Below are positions 46,920 through 61,479 of a stretch of DNA of 64,000 nucleotides, piece after piece; positions within the stretch are counted from its first letter, which is position 1, and each line of letters starts with the position of its first letter. The stretch is from Squalus acanthias (lineage: Eukaryota). A program made the translations under genes and the position numbers. The stretch lies in the NCBI GenBank assembly GCA_030390025.1, contig CM059433.1:7256001-7320000 (forward strand). Direction: 5' to 3'. Under the pieces are notes generated by a model. That model was not told the DNA's origin. It ran no database searches and was given only the letters and a program-made list of their open reading frames with translations.

Positions 46920-49900
46920 CCGGTGCTGTCGTGCTGAAGACTTGTGCTCCAGAACTAGCCGCGCCTCTAGCCAAGCTGTTCCAGTACAGCTACAACACTG
47001 GCATCTATCCGACAATGTGGAAAACTGCCCAGGTATGTCCTGTCCACAAAAAGCAGGACAAATCCAATCCAGCCAATTACCGCCTCATCAGTCTACTCTC
47101 AATCATCAGCAAAGTGATGGACGGTGTCGTCGACAGTGCTATCAAGCGGCACTTACTCACCAATAACCTGCTCACTGAGGCCCAGTTTGGGTTCCGCCAG
47201 GACCACTCGGCACCCGACCTCATTACAGCCTTGGTCCAAACATGGACAAAGGAGCTGAATTCCAGAGATGAGGGGAGAGTGACTGCCCTTGACATCAAGG
47301 CAGCATTTGACCGAGTCATAGAAACATAGAAGATAGAAGCAGGAGTAGGCCATTCGGCCCCTCGAGCCTGCTCCACCATTCAATGCGATCATGGCTGATC
47401 ATCCAAACTCAGTACCCTTTCCCTGCTTTCTCCCCATATCCCTTGAACCCCTTAGCCTTAAGAAATATATCTAACTCCTTCTTGAAGATATTTAATGAAT
47501 TGGCCTCAACTGCCTTCTGTGGTAGAGAATGCCACAGGTTCACCACTCTCTGGGTGAAGAAATTCCTCCTCATCTCAGTCCTAAATGGCTTACCCCTTAT
47601 CCTTAGACTGTGACCGCTGGTTCTGGACTCCCCCGCCATCGGGAACAGCCTTCCTGCATCTAGTCTGTCTAGTCCTGTTAGAATTTTATAAGTTTCAATG
47701 AATACCCCTCTCATTCTTCTAAACTCTAGCGAATATAAGCCTAATCGACCCAATCTCTCTTCATACGTCATTCCTGCCATCCCAGGTATCAGTCTGGTGA
47801 ATCTTCGCTGCACTCCCTCCATGGCAAGAACATCCTTCCTTAGATAAGGTGACCAAAACTGCACACAATACTCAAGGTGTGGTCTCACCAAGGCCCTGTA
47901 CAACTGCAGCAAGACATCCTTGCTCCTGTACTCGAATCCTCTCGCTATGAAGGCCAACATACCATTTGCCTTCTTAACCGCCTGCTGCACCTGCATGCTT
48001 ACCTTCAGCGACTGGTGCACAAGGACGCCCAGGTCGCGTTGCACTTCCCCTTTTCCCAATCTATTGCCGTTCAGATAATCTGTCTTCCTGTTTTTGCCAC
48101 CAAAGTGGATAACCTTGCATTTATCCACATTATACTGCATCTGCCATGCATCTGCCCAATCACCCAACCTGTCCAAATCATACTGGAGTTTCTCTGCATC
48201 CTCCTCACAGCACACACGCCCACCCAGTTTTGTGTCGTCTGCAAACTTGGAGATATTACATCTAGTTCCCTCGTCTAGATCATTAATATATATTGTGAAT
48301 CACTGGGGTCCTAGCACCGATCCCTGCGGTACCCCACTAGTCACTGCCTGCCACTCGGAAAAAGACCCGTTTATTCCAACTCTTTGCTTCCTGTCTGCCA
48401 ACCAGTTTTCTATCCAAGTCAGTACCTTACTCCCAATCACATGTGCTTTAACTTTGCACGCTAATCTCTTATGCGGGACCTTATCGAAAGCCTTCTGAAA
48501 GTCCAAATACACCACATCCACTGGTTCTCCCTTATCTATTCTACCAGTTACATCCTCAAAAAATTCCAGTAGATTAGTCAAGCATGATTTACCTTTTGTA
48601 AATCCATGTTGACTTTGTCCGATCCTGTCACTGTTTTCCAAGTGCCCTGCTATTACATCTTTTATAATGGACTCTAGCATTTTCCCCACTACCGATGTCA
48701 GGCTTACCGGTCTATAATTCCCCGTTTTCTCTCTACCACCTTTTTTAAATAGTGGGGTTAAATTAGCTACCCTCCAATCCATGGGAACTGTTGCAGAGTC
48801 TATAGAATTTTGGAAGATGACCAGCAATGCATCTACTATTTCGAGGTCCACTTCTTTAAGTACCTTGGGATGTAGATTATCAGGCCCTGGGGATTTATTG
48901 GCCTTCAATCCCGTCAATTTCCCGAACACCATTTCCCTACAAATACTGATTTCATTCAGTTCCTCCCTCTCATTAGACCCTATGTTCCCCGACATCTCTG
49001 GGAGTTTATTTGTGTCCTCCTTTGTGAAGACAGAACCAAAGTATGTATTTAATTGGTCTGCCATTTCTTTGTTCCCCATTATAAATTCCCCTGATTCTGA
49101 CTGCAAGGGACCTACGCTTGACTTCACCAATCTTTTTCTCTTCACATATCTATAGAAGCTTTTACAGTTAGTTTTTATGTTCCCTGCAAGCTTACTCTCA
49201 TACTCTATTTTCCCCCTCTTAATTAATCCCTTTGTCCTCCTTTGCTGAATCCTATACTGCTCCCAATCCTCAGGTTTGCTGCTTTTTCTGGCCAATTTAT
49301 ATGTCCTCTCCTTGGATCTTATGCTATCCCTAATTTCCCTTGTTAGCCATGGTTGAGTCACCTTTTTTGTTTTATTTTTATGCCAAACAGGGATGAACAA
49401 ATTCTGAAGTTCATCCATGCGATCTTTAAATGTTTGCCATTGCCTATCCACCGTCAACCCTTTAAGTAATATTCCCCAATCCATCCTAGCCAACTCGCGC
49501 CTCATACCATCGTAGTTTCCTTTATTTAAATTCAGTACCCTAGTCTCTGAGTCAACTACTACTTCACTCTCCATTTTAATGAAGAATTCTATCATATTAT
49601 GGTCGCTCCTCCCAAGGGGCCTCGCACAATAAGATTGCTAATTAATCCTTTCTCATTACATAATACCCAGTCTAAGATGGCCTGATCTCTAGTTGATTCC
49701 TCGACATATTGGTCCAGGAAACCATCCCGTATACACTCTAGGAATTCCTCTTCCACAGTATTGTTACTAATTTGGTTAGCCCAATCTATATGTAGATTAA
49801 AGTCACCCATGATAACTGCTGTGCCCTTATTGCACGCATCTCTAATTTCCCGTTTAATGCCATCCCCAACCTCAGCATTACTGTTTGGGGGTCTGTATAC

Positions 49901-51325
49901 AACTTCCACTAACGTTTTCTGCCCCATGGTATTTCTCAGCTCTACCCATACAGATTCCACATCATCAGAGGTAATATGCTTCCTTACTATTGTGTTAATC
50001 TCCTCTTTAACCAGCAATGCTACCCCACCTCCTTCTTTTTGCCTGTCCTTCCTGAATATTGAATACCCCTGGATGTTGAATTCCCAGCCTTGGTCACCCT
50101 GGAGCCATGTCTCCGTAATCCCAATTATATCATATCCGTTTACATCTATTTGCGCAGCTAATTCATCCACCTTATTACGAATGCTCCTCGTATTAAGTCT
50201 GGCATCAGTGAGCCCTAGTAAAACTGAAGTCAATGGGAATCGGGGGAAAACACTCCACTGGCTGGAGTCATACCTAGCACAAAGGAAGATGGTTGTGGTG
50301 GTTGAAGGTCAATCATCACAGCCCCAGGACATCGCTGCAGGAGTTCCTCAGGGCAGTGTCCTAGGCCCAACCATCTTCAGCTGCTTCATCAATGACCTTC
50401 CCTCCAACATAAGGTCAGAAATGGGGATGTTCGCTAATGACTGCACAGTGTTCAGCGCCATTCGCATCTCCACAGATAATGAAGCAGTCCATACCTGCAT
50501 GCAACAAGACCTGGATGACGTTCAGGCTTGGGCTGATAAGTGGCAGGTAACATTCGCGCCACAGAAGTGCCAGGCAATGACTATCTCCAACAAGCGAGAT
50601 TCTAACCACCTCCCCTTGACATTCAATGGCATTCCCATTGCCGAATCCCCCACTATCAACATCCTAGGGGTCACCATTAACCAGAAACTTAACTGGACCA
50701 GCCACATAAATACTGTGGTAACAAGAGCAGGTCAGAGGCTAGGTATTCTGCGGCGAGTGTCTCACCTCCTGACTCCCCAAAGCCTTTCCACCATCTACAA
50801 GGCACAAGTAAGGAGTGTGATGGAATACTCTCCACTTGCCTGGATGAGTGCAGCTCCAACAACACTCAAGAAGCTCGACACCATCCAGGACAAAGCATCC
50901 CGCTTGATTGGCACCCCATCCACCACCTTAAAAAACATTCACTCCCTCCACCACCGGCGTACCGTGGCTGCAGTGTGTACCATCTACAAGATGCACTGCA
51001 GCAACTCGCCAAGGCTTCTTCGGCAGCACCTCCCAAACCCGCGACCTCTTGCACCTAGGAGGACAAGGGCAGCAGGCGCATGGGAACACCACCACCTCCA
51101 AGTCACACACCATCCTGACTTGGAAGTATATCGCCGATCCTTCATTGTCGTTGGGTCAAAATCCTGGAACTCCCTAACAGCATTTTGGGAGTACCATCAC
51201 CACACGGACTGCAGCGGTTCAAGAAGGCGGCTCACCACCACCTTCTCAATGGCAACTAGGGATGGGCAATAAATGCTGGCATTGCCAGCGACGCCCTGAT
51301 CCCATAAACGAATTTTTAAAAAAAC
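46920..51325 (+). mobile_element. LINE family B (5'-truncated) split by a CR1 insertion
   Basis: RT breaks at DIKAAFDRV (47316) and resumes at (W)HQ.ALVKLK near 50197; tail ends gaatttttaaaaaa. Confidence 0.9.
47318..50192 (-). mobile_element. CR1 LINE with near-complete ORF2 (APE+RT) nested in the family B LINE
   Basis: RSIRNKVDEL..DIIGITETW..YRPPN..GDFN..NYRPVSLTS..DFQKAFD..GVPQGSVLGP..FADDTK; agtc repeated at both junctions. Confidence 0.93.
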
Positions 51326-51541
51326 ACCACTACCCACATCCAATACCAACATCAAGCTTGGCTGCAATATCTCCCAACAATTGAATGGCTTGCTGATTAC
51401 TCACCGTCTGGACTCAAGTTAAAAAGGGCCAGTTAGGCAAGGTAAGTGAATGTGGCCAATACCTAAGGAATCTTATCCCAGGAGTTAGCAGCTTCAGGGC
51501 TGAAGGGGGGGGGAAAGAAAGAAGCAAAGTAATTTACAAAC

Positions 51542-51640
51542 CTGCAAGAGTTTGGAGATGATGTGCCAATAGCATGAAAGGTCCAGAGTACTGAATGGCC
51601 TGGGTCTGTGTTACTGTGCTCATTGCCAACTCAGTATAAT
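51542..51640 (-). CDS. CPSF3: CPSF3 exon
   Basis: taatag|AT...G|gtttgt; (N)[32 protein letters not shown]. Confidence 0.93.
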
Positions 51641-52245
51641 CTATTAAAAAGGGAAAGACAACATTTTAGATTTTGACTTGCACACTTTGAACATTAAGTT
51701 TCTGGAAACACATAAGGATCAACTATATAAAACTAGAAACAGTTGGTTTACAGATCAAGTCTCACTTTAGAGTTTGAACAAATACGTATCTAGCCACTCT
51801 GCTAGTTCAAAGCAGTGCTGTCCTCAGGAGATTTCTAAATGGGACAAATTCCATTCCCGCTTCCCTGCCCCCTCCTCCCTATGGCTTCCTTTCACATTGT
51901 TCTTCAATGCAACCTACTGTCTGAGCAGCACAATCTAATGTAGCATTTCATTCGGGCATTGAATCCATATACTAAGAGTAAGGCTAAATGGATGTTTTTC
52001 AGATTAGTGAGATGTGGATTGTGGTGCCCATCAGGGATCCGCACTCCAACCTCTTGTTTTCCATTTTCTTTTAATTGTTTGTTCTCTGGATGTGGGTGAC
52101 ACTAGCAACCCCATCCCTAGTTGCCCTGAGAGCATTAGGAGTCAACCACATAGTGTGGGACCAGAATCACATGTAAGCCAGACTGGGTAGAGTGTTCCCT
52201 TTCCTGAAGGACATTAGTAAACCAGTTGGGGTTTTTTTTTATATA

Positions 52246-54057
52246 AGGCAGCATCTGTAGAGAGAGAAACAGAGTTAATGTTTCAGGTCGATGACCCTTC
52301 GTCAGAACTGGAAAAAGTTAGAGATGTAACAGACTTTTAAACAAGTGTAGGGGCAGGGAAAGGGAGGAGGGGAGGAAAGAACAAAAGGGAACAGAGGCCC
52401 AACCAGTCCCCATCCACCACCACCCTCCTCCGCCTGGCTGAACTTGTTCTCACATTGAACCACTTCTCCTTTGACGCCACTCACTTCCTCCAAATTAAAG
52501 GTGTTGCTATGGGAACCCGCATGGGTCCTAGCTATGCCTGCCTTTTCATGGGATAATTGAAACATTCTTGGTTCCAGTCCGACTCAGGTCCCCTCCCTCA
52601 CCTCTTTTTCCGGTACATTGATGACTGTATCGGTGCTGTTTCCTGCTCTCGCCCTGAACTAGAAAATTTCATTCACTTTGCTTCCAATTTCCACCCTTCC
52701 CTCACCTTCACATGGCCCATCTCCGAATCTTCCCTTCCTCGACTTCTCTGTCTCCATTTCTGGGGATAGGCTATTGACAAACATTCACTATAAGCCCACT
52801 GACTCCCACAGCTACCTGGACTACACTTCCTCCCACCCCGCCTCCTGTAAGGACTCTATTCCATTCTCCCAGTTTCTCCGTCTCCACCGCATCTGCTCTG
52901 ACGATGCCACCTTCCATACTAGTGCTTCCGATGTCTTCCTTTTTCCTCAACCGAGGATTCCCCTCTACCGTGGTTGACACGGCCATTGACTGTGTCCATT
53001 CTATTTCCCGCACTTCTGCTCTCACCCCTTCCCTTCCATCTGAGAACCACGATAGGGTTCCCCTTGTCCTCAACTTTCACCCCACCAGCCTCCACATTCA
53101 ATGGATCATCCTCCGGCATTTCTGCCACCTCCAGCGTGATCCCACCACCAAACACTTCTTCCCCTCCCCTTTCAGCATTCCGAAGGGACCGCACCCTCCG
53201 CGACACACTGATCTACTCCTCTACCACCCCACAACACCCCTTCCCCATCCCACGGCACCTTCCCGTGCAAGCGCAGGAGATGCAATACCTTTTACCTCCT
53301 CCCTTCCCACTGTCCAGGGCCCCAAACACTCCTTCAAGGTGAAACAGTGATTTACTTGTACTTCTTGCAATTTAGTATACTGTATTCGCTGCTCATGATG
53401 CGGTCTCCTCTACATTGGGGAGACCAAACGCAGAATGGGTGACCGCTTTGCAGAAAACCTCCATTCAGTCCGCAAGCGTGACCCCGAGCTTCCGGTCGCC
53501 TGTCACTTTAATTCTCCGTTTCACTCCCACTCTGATCTCTCTATCCTCAGCCTCTTACACTGTTCCAACAAAGCTCAACAGCACCTCATCTTTCGATTAG
53601 GCCCTTTACAGCCTTCTGGACTCAACATCGAGTTCAACAATTTCAGGCTATAACCTCTGCCCCTATCTTTTTTTCTTTCTCTTTTCAGCTGGCAGCTGTT
53701 GATGATTCTGCCATTCCCAGTTACACCTCATCTAGAGCCATCTTTTGTTTCTTAACTTGTCCCATTACCATCTCCTTTTGCCTTGCACCATCATCCCTTT
53801 TGTCTTTTAATCTCTCCTGCCTTCCATCCTATCACAGACCTTCCCTTTTGTTCTTTCCTCCTCTCCCCCTTTTCCCTGCCCCTACACTTGCTTAAAAACT
53901 GTTACATCTCTAACTTTTTCCAGTTCTGACGAAGGGTCATCGACCTGAAACGTTAACTTGGTTTCTCTCTCCACAGATGCTGCCTGACCTGCTGAGTATT
54001 TCCAGCATTTTCTGTTTTTATTTCAGATTTCCAGCATCCGCAGTATTTTGCTTTTGT
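52246..54057 (+). mobile_element. Penelope-like element family A (RT + GIY-YIG, 5'-truncated) with inverted 5' pLTR
   Basis: GVAMGTRMGPSYACLFMG, FFRYIDD, LPFLD, YKPTDSHSYLDYTSSHP; VYCIRCS.CGLLYIGETKR..RFAE..VACHFN..PSGLN; arms 52246-52391 inverted vs 53841-53985. Confidence 0.92.
53922..53958 (+). ncRNA. minimal type I hammerhead ribozyme motif (Penelope family A)
   Basis: AGUU-CUGACGA-AGGGUC(auc)GACCU-GAAA-CGUU-AACU with palindromic AACGUU; inverted copy at 52273-52310. Confidence 0.75.
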
Positions 54058-54949
54058 ATGGGTTTTTATGAGGATCTGGCAGCTTCCATTGTCATTTTCT
54101 GGTGCTAGCTCGCAAGTTACCAGATTTTTTTGAATTCAGTTTCACAAACTGCCATGGTGGAACTCGTGACCTCTGGGTTCGAAGTCCAGTATCATAACCA
54201 TCAAGCTACCGTACCTCTCTACAAGTGTTTTGAACATAGGCACTAGAGGAATGATATTGAAATTTGCCACGGATACCAAAATTAGGGAGCCTGGCAGACT
54301 GTGAGGAAGAATGCCGGTGGACATACTTAGTGGAGGAGTACAAGTAAATTAGTGAAGTGGGCAGATCGGTAGCAGATGCAGTTCAATGTAAAAAAAAAAT
54401 GTATAATAAATTTTCGGAAAACGAGAGAAAGGAAGTATACGCTAAATTATTAATTAAAAAAAAACTGATCAGTGTTCCTGTTCCTGGTCACTATCCCTGC
54501 TGGCAGTGAGAATGTCAAGGGAGGACAGGACAGGGCACAGCGGCAATGCCTCCTGACACACACCACCAAAGGTCGGAGGTGAGCATCAGCCACTGGGGTA
54601 CGGTAGCAGAAGATGACCAGTGCCTGAGAACCACACCCAGCAGGCAGTCAATGCTTTCAGGACAGCAGAGAAATTTGCCCAAAGAAAATCACTGCAAATA
54701 TACCAACACTATACATACAGGATGTGATAACATTTAAAGAAATTGATGCAAATTAACTTGTGTAGTTTCACAGTTCCCAGCATCCCCCATTAATTTCTAG
54801 TAGAATGGTGCAAGTCATTTAAAAATTGCTTTTATTTTCAGAGAGTAGACTTTTTTTTTGGTTTGTGGTGTCCAAATTTCTCTAAACAGTCAGGCAGCTA
54901 GTTTTAAATAAATGGAACAAAACCTTCCAACATGCGGCCAAACTACTGG

Positions 54950-55378
54950 ATTAAGAAGGTCGTGGGTTCACAGTCCCACTCCAGGGACTTGAGCGCATAA
55001 AGCTAGGCTGACACTCCAGTGCAGTGCTGAGGGAGCACTGCATTGTCGGAGGTGCCGTCTTTCGGATGAGACGTTAAACCGAGGCCACGTCTGCTCTCTC
55101 AGGTGGACGTAAAAGATCCCATGGCACTATTTCGAAGAAGTGCAGGGGAGTTATCGCCGGTGTCCTGGCCAATATTTATCCCTCAACCAACATAACAAAA
55201 ACAGATTATCTGGTCATTATCACATTGCTGTTTGTGGGAGCTTGCTGTTCGCAAATTGGCTGCCGCGTTTCCTACATTACAACAGTGACACCACTTCAAA
55301 AGTACTTCATTAGCTGTAAAGTGCTTTGAGACGTCCGGTGGTCGTGAAAGACGTTATAGAAATGCAAGTCTTTCTTTT
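54950..55378 (+). mobile_element. Deu-type tRNA SINE (SacSINE1-like)
   Basis: gatgagacgttaaaccgagg..gtaaaagatcccatggcact..gtcctggccaa central domain and L2-like tail ending aaatgcaagtctttc. Confidence 0.85.
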
Positions 55379-55608
55379 TAAAACAGATTAGAATTCTGAA
55401 AAAAAAGTGGTCTCATCATTGACTTAGCCTCAGCTAGGAGCTGGCTGCTATTCACAAATTTAGCAAATCGTCAAACTAGTTCTAGAAAAGTTGGGACAAC
55501 TCTCTCCAAAGTTACATCTTATAACAATATTTTCCTCCCTTTGCCTTTCCTGAAACCCAAAAATGCACCAGTGAAGAGGGGAAATATGTGGAGAATAGAT
55601 TTACTTAC

Positions 55609-55717
55609 TGGATAGGTCAGATGGAATAAGTATGTGATAGTTGAAGTTTCTTTTTACAAGTATTCCTGAAATCCTTTGACCTTGATCAGCCTTTTTATCT
55701 GCCAAGGAGCCCATCAC
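55609..55717 (-). CDS. CPSF3: CPSF3 exon
   Basis: tgacag|GTG...A|gtaagt; [36 protein letters not shown]. Confidence 0.95.
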
Positions 55718-57305
55718 CTGTCAAAAATATTAAAATAATTAAGATCAAAATGTGATTTTTCTCACTTCAACTCAAGGTTAAACAGTCAGAAGGATGTAAC
55801 TCCCTCTAACCATCTGCCTTTCAAACCAAGAGTCAGTCAAGCAGTGAATACTCTAAACTCCAGCAAATACAGAACAGGGACAAGCTGTAAGGGAATTATG
55901 GACAGAAATCTGGAACAATTTAACAAAGTAAACAGAAATTGTAAAATTACAGGAATTCAAAAGGAGAAGTCAAAGAGCCAAATCATATCCAAGGAAAAAA
56001 CTCCACAAACCAGTTCTGCCTTGTCTGGAATGATCTTCCTACTGAACATTTGCTGGTACTATCTCTGCTTAGGTTTAGAAATATTACTTGAAACCAGTTT
56101 CTATTTATCTGCAAATTTTCATCTAGTAAGTTTAAGTATGATAAGTATCCAAAATACTGTGCAGATACTGCCACCTGTGCCCCTTCCTAAACTACTCTTT
56201 ACAGCAGAAAGTGTTCTATCCTGTCTAACCGTTTAATATGACTATATAGTCAGATGTACCTTTTAATTGATTTGTATATAGAATTGAGACACAAAAGGGA
56301 TTGTGCACTCTCTCTCTGCTAGTTAGGAAAGGTTTGTTCTATGCTGTTCACATTATTCTGGACCTCTTAACTCTACTGAGCAATAAAGTTTTACAATCCA
56401 AATACAAAGCAAAAATAATGCGGTTTAGATAGAAATGAATAAATCTAAAAATGAAAACTTATACACGGCACTCCATAAAGTACAGAAGAACTGAATTATG
56501 AGAAACGCATAATTCAAAAGATTACACTGAAGCAGCAACAAAAAGGAAAGTGAAAAATAAAAAATGTACACACATTATTTCCCTAGTAACAGCAATTCAA
56601 TTGGAAACTTCACTTGGAATCTTCAGTGTATCTGGAGAAAGTTGTCAGTAGGTGTGTGTGACTTGAGAACAGAGTTAAGAATTAAAAAAATTATCAAATG
56701 GCGCTTAACGTAGGCCCTTAGTATTCTCTGGGTGTCAGCACAAATAAAAAAAATGTTTACAAACACTGCCTCATCTGATCTGGCAGGATTACAATACCAT
56801 AGTCAAAAGGGTAGTTTCAATACACGTGATGATATGACTGAAATTCTGACATGCCGCGCTACTCCGTTATCAGACTACCTACTTAGATAGTCTTGGAGTG
56901 TGAATCAGCTACCTTATACTAAGATTTCTACATCAAATTTATGTAACCACTAACATGATGTTAGTGCCAAAATCTCAGTATAACAAACGCGTAACAAGAT
57001 CAATTCCAGGTGTCGTTTCATCTGGCGGAAGCATTTTGTAATTGACTCTGGATTTATTGAAGTGCCCAAGGCTGTCCCGATTCGCTCAGTGAGCTTATCC
57101 TGCAAGCAGCTGAGCCACGCAGACCAGGAAAGTCCCAGATTCAATCTTGGTCTATGCTGAAATAGCCCGAGTATTCATTTCAAAGAGGTAATAGAGGGTG
57201 TCTAACAACTGAGCAAATTCAAATCAGAAATAAGTCAATACCTGCAAGAGGAGAAAATAAGAGGGGAAACTGGCAATATATATATATAAAAAAATAAATG
57301 CTCTA

Positions 57306-57521
<216 letters not shown>

Positions 57522-57842
57522 CTACAAGGAAATCCCAGATGGTCACACAAAGGGAATGTAATCAATGCACTGCATTTTGCAAAATCAAGCAAATATCACA
57601 AGACTAAACCATAATACCCATCTCTTCTTAAATATTTAAGAAAAATAAGACAACATAGTGTGCAATTCTAACATGATAAGTTCCCAATCTGGTCAGCTCC
57701 TTAGAGAAAGACAGCAGGGACTGAGCACTTGACTCAGTAGTAAGAGAAGAAAATCAGCCATGATTTCTAATCCCGACCGCTATCCAGTGAGCTATGCTGG
57801 AAAGAGCACACGTGGAAGTCAGACGAGTGAAGGAGAGTACGA

Positions 57843-58440
57843 TAGCAAAATACTGCGGATGCTGGAAATCCGAAATAACAACAGAAAACGCTGGAAAAAC
57901 TCAGCAGGCCAGGCAGCATCCGTGGAGAGAGAAACAGAGTTAACGTTTCAGGTCGAAGACCTTTCGTCAGAACTGGAAAAAAGCAGTAAATTAAATAGAT
58001 TTAAAGCAAGTATAATGCTGGGAAAAGGGGGAGGGGATGAAAGAACAAAAGGCAAGGTCAGTGGTGGGATAGAAAGCAGGAGAGATTAAGAGACATAAAG
58101 AGATAATCAAGGCAAGAGGAGGTGATAATGTGACAGGTAGAGGCTAGATGAAGTGTGAACTGGGCTGGCAGAATGAAGGACAGCTGCCAGCTTCTGGGAG
58201 GGGAAAAAAGGCCAAACAAAAGGGTGGATGAAAAAATAAAATAAAAAAAATATATATATGTGATAGGGGCCAAGGTTATGATCTGAAATTGTTGAACTCG
58301 ATGTTGAGTCCAGAGGGCTGTAGGGTGCCTAAACGAAAGATGAGGTGCTGTTCCTCGAGCTTACGCTGAGCTTCCGTGGAACAATGCAAGAGGCCGAGGA
58401 CGGTGAGGTCAGAGTGGGGGTGGAGCGGAGAATTAAAGTG
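57843..58440 (-). mobile_element. Penelope family A 3' fragment (GIY-YIG end + pLTR)
   Basis: Reverse match to 53510-54050; RKLEEQHLIFRLGTLQPSGLNIEFNNF. Confidence 0.85.
57938..57975 (-). ncRNA. minimal type I hammerhead ribozyme motif (Penelope family A)
   Basis: AGUU-CUGACGA-A-AGGUC(uuc)GACCU-GAAA-CGUU-AACU. Confidence 0.75.
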
Positions 58441-58670
58441 AAGGATAGTGCTCAACTGAGATTCGCTGTCTCCCCAACACCTCCAAATACTCGGTGCTCT
58501 GGGCTCGCAGATGAAGTTTGGCCAAGTCTATGGCAGCATTCTCTATGACATCTTCATTTGTCGAACTGTACTCTAGTAGGAATCAACACTTTGTGAGGGG
58601 AGGGGAGAAAAAGGAGAAATTTGGGGGGGGGGGGGGGGGAGAAACCTACAAAAATATTTAAATAATTTTA

Positions 58671-58871
<201 letters not shown>

Positions 58872-59129
58872 TCATCCACCTTGCCGAGCAATTGTTAAGA
58901 AAGCATGAACTTAGCATTACTGCCTATATTGACACAGAAAAGATTCAGCACCTCCTGTGCTTCTTCACTGTGATTCTTCAATAGATGCTTCCACAAGAAA
59001 CAATACACAAATAAAAGACACTTATTTTACGCAAGAATCAAAAATGATCCCTTCACCCTGGAATGTACATATCACCCAAGTCTTATTCAGTCCTGTTATT
59101 TTTTTCCTCATGATTATTTTAACAACCTC

Positions 59130-59572
59130 ACTTACATTTATATGGCGCCTTTCATGACCACTGGATGTCTCAAAGCGCTTTACAGCCAATGAAGTACTTT
59201 TGAAGTGGAGTCACTGTTGTAATGTGGGAAACGCGCACAGCAAGCTCCCACAAACAGCAATGTGAAAATGACCAGAAAATTTGGGGGTTTTTTTTGATCG
59301 AGGGAGAAATATTGGCCAGGACACCGGGGATAACTCCCCTGCTCTTCTTTGAAATAGTGCCTTGGGATCTTTTATGTCCACCCGAGAGGGCAGACGGGAC
59401 CTCAGTTTAACGTCTCATCCGAAAGACGGCACCTCCGACAGTGCAGCACTCCCTCAGCACTGCACTGGGAGTGTCAGCCTAGCTTTGTGTGTGCAAGTCC
59501 CTGGAGTGGGGCTTGAACCCACAACCTTCTGACTCAGAGGCAAGTGTGCTACCCACTGAGCCACAGCTGACA
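59130..59572 (-). mobile_element. full-length Deu-type tRNA SINE
   Basis: Reverse complement of 54950-55378 with an intact tRNA head. Confidence 0.88.
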
Positions 59573-60281
59573 CTGTGTATATTTAGTTAGGTATACAGGT
59601 GTACTTGAAGGACCTCCCTTTGGATGATCTACTGAGAGGTTCATGAATCACTGCAGAACGCAAGTCCAGCTATGTAGGTGCACTAGATGGAGACATCGCA
59701 TTATCATACTTGTATCCTTTACTGCTTTGTACCAACCAGTGATGAACAAATAGGGCGGCTGCAGTGTCATTTCAGCAGAAAAGTCACAATCAGGGTTGGC
59801 ATTTTTTCGATGAAACAGCCGAGGGGGCTGGTGGACAACCTGCATCTGAGGCTGTGCCAATACCTCTCTACGACCACAGTAACTCAAGCCAATTTCCCAA
59901 ATGATTTTCCTTCTGTAGCAGGAGATGCTTCGCCTTCACTTGGCACTTCGTGCAGGCACTGCCAATACTGGTAACTTGGCGGGGGGGCTAGCTGGTCCCT
60001 AACTGTTGTACAACAGTGTGGCAGAACGCTAATGTGTTGTGCCACTCCGCCACAAGGTGATGGGGTTTTGTACCAAGATGACTTTATGTTCACTCTAAAA
60101 TTTGAATAAATATCAAACGGTACTTCGAACAACGTTTTTTCACTAAAGCTTACGGTTAAACTGGTCCGTGACATCATTGGTAAACATTGGGCAGTTGGGG
60201 TTTAAATCGTTAAAAAAAAGGGTTAAAATACTCATGCATTTAACTAAAATCAAACCAAAAAATACATTTCAAAAAGTTTTA

Positions 60282-60530
<249 letters not shown>

Positions 60531-60873
60531 TCATCTCTATCTAAATGATGATTTATCGGTAAACCTTTGTGTTTTAAAAAAAACAGTTCAGCGCTTGTAT
60601 TATAATGAAAGACTTGAATTTTACAGAATGTTATCAGAACAGATAAAACATATCACTGAATTAACATGTCATTTCCATTTCTCTCACCAGCCATCATTAT
60701 TGCCTCTCTGATTGAGATTGCTTATTTAGTGCCGACTATGGGTGGTTTTGTGACGTACACTTGGAAAGACTAGGAACTGGGCTGAGATTGCCCAAACACA
60801 TTTCACCTAGAATCAGTCTGGACTGGTTTGAAACCAGCTGTTCTAAACCCGTCACATCACATAGTCGCCATCA

Positions 60874-61239
<366 letters not shown>

Positions 61240-61479
61240 TTATTTCAAAGTGACCAAGCACCTGCTGGGTAAGATCCAGCCAAATGCAGTGTCCTTTTAA
61301 ACCCTAATATTACTGATGTTCCCGGTACGTCTACCCATACTTTAGATGAGTGGGACATCCCTTCACTTCCTGTGTGAGGCATTCGACCAATAAAGAAGAA
61401 TGCTACATGGGGAAGGGGAAGAGGAACAGGTAGGTTATCTGCTGTAGATATGGTCTTCCACATTCTTTGAAAGAATCCT

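Larger units (their letters stand above)
52075..54215 (-). mobile_element. older copy of the family-B-related SINE, split by a Penelope insertion
   Basis: Tail and body at 52075-52240, head at 54058-54215; similar to 24135-24603. Confidence 0.65.

Noticed and set aside
49761..51272. 503-aa ORF, the longest in the track
   Set aside because: Chimera of the antisense frame of a CR1 endonuclease and the 3' half of the family B RT across an insertion junction; not a gene
59640..60200. ORFs of 79-97 aa in a CPSF3 intron
   Set aside because: No recognisable motif or splice context; probably an old repeat I cannot classify
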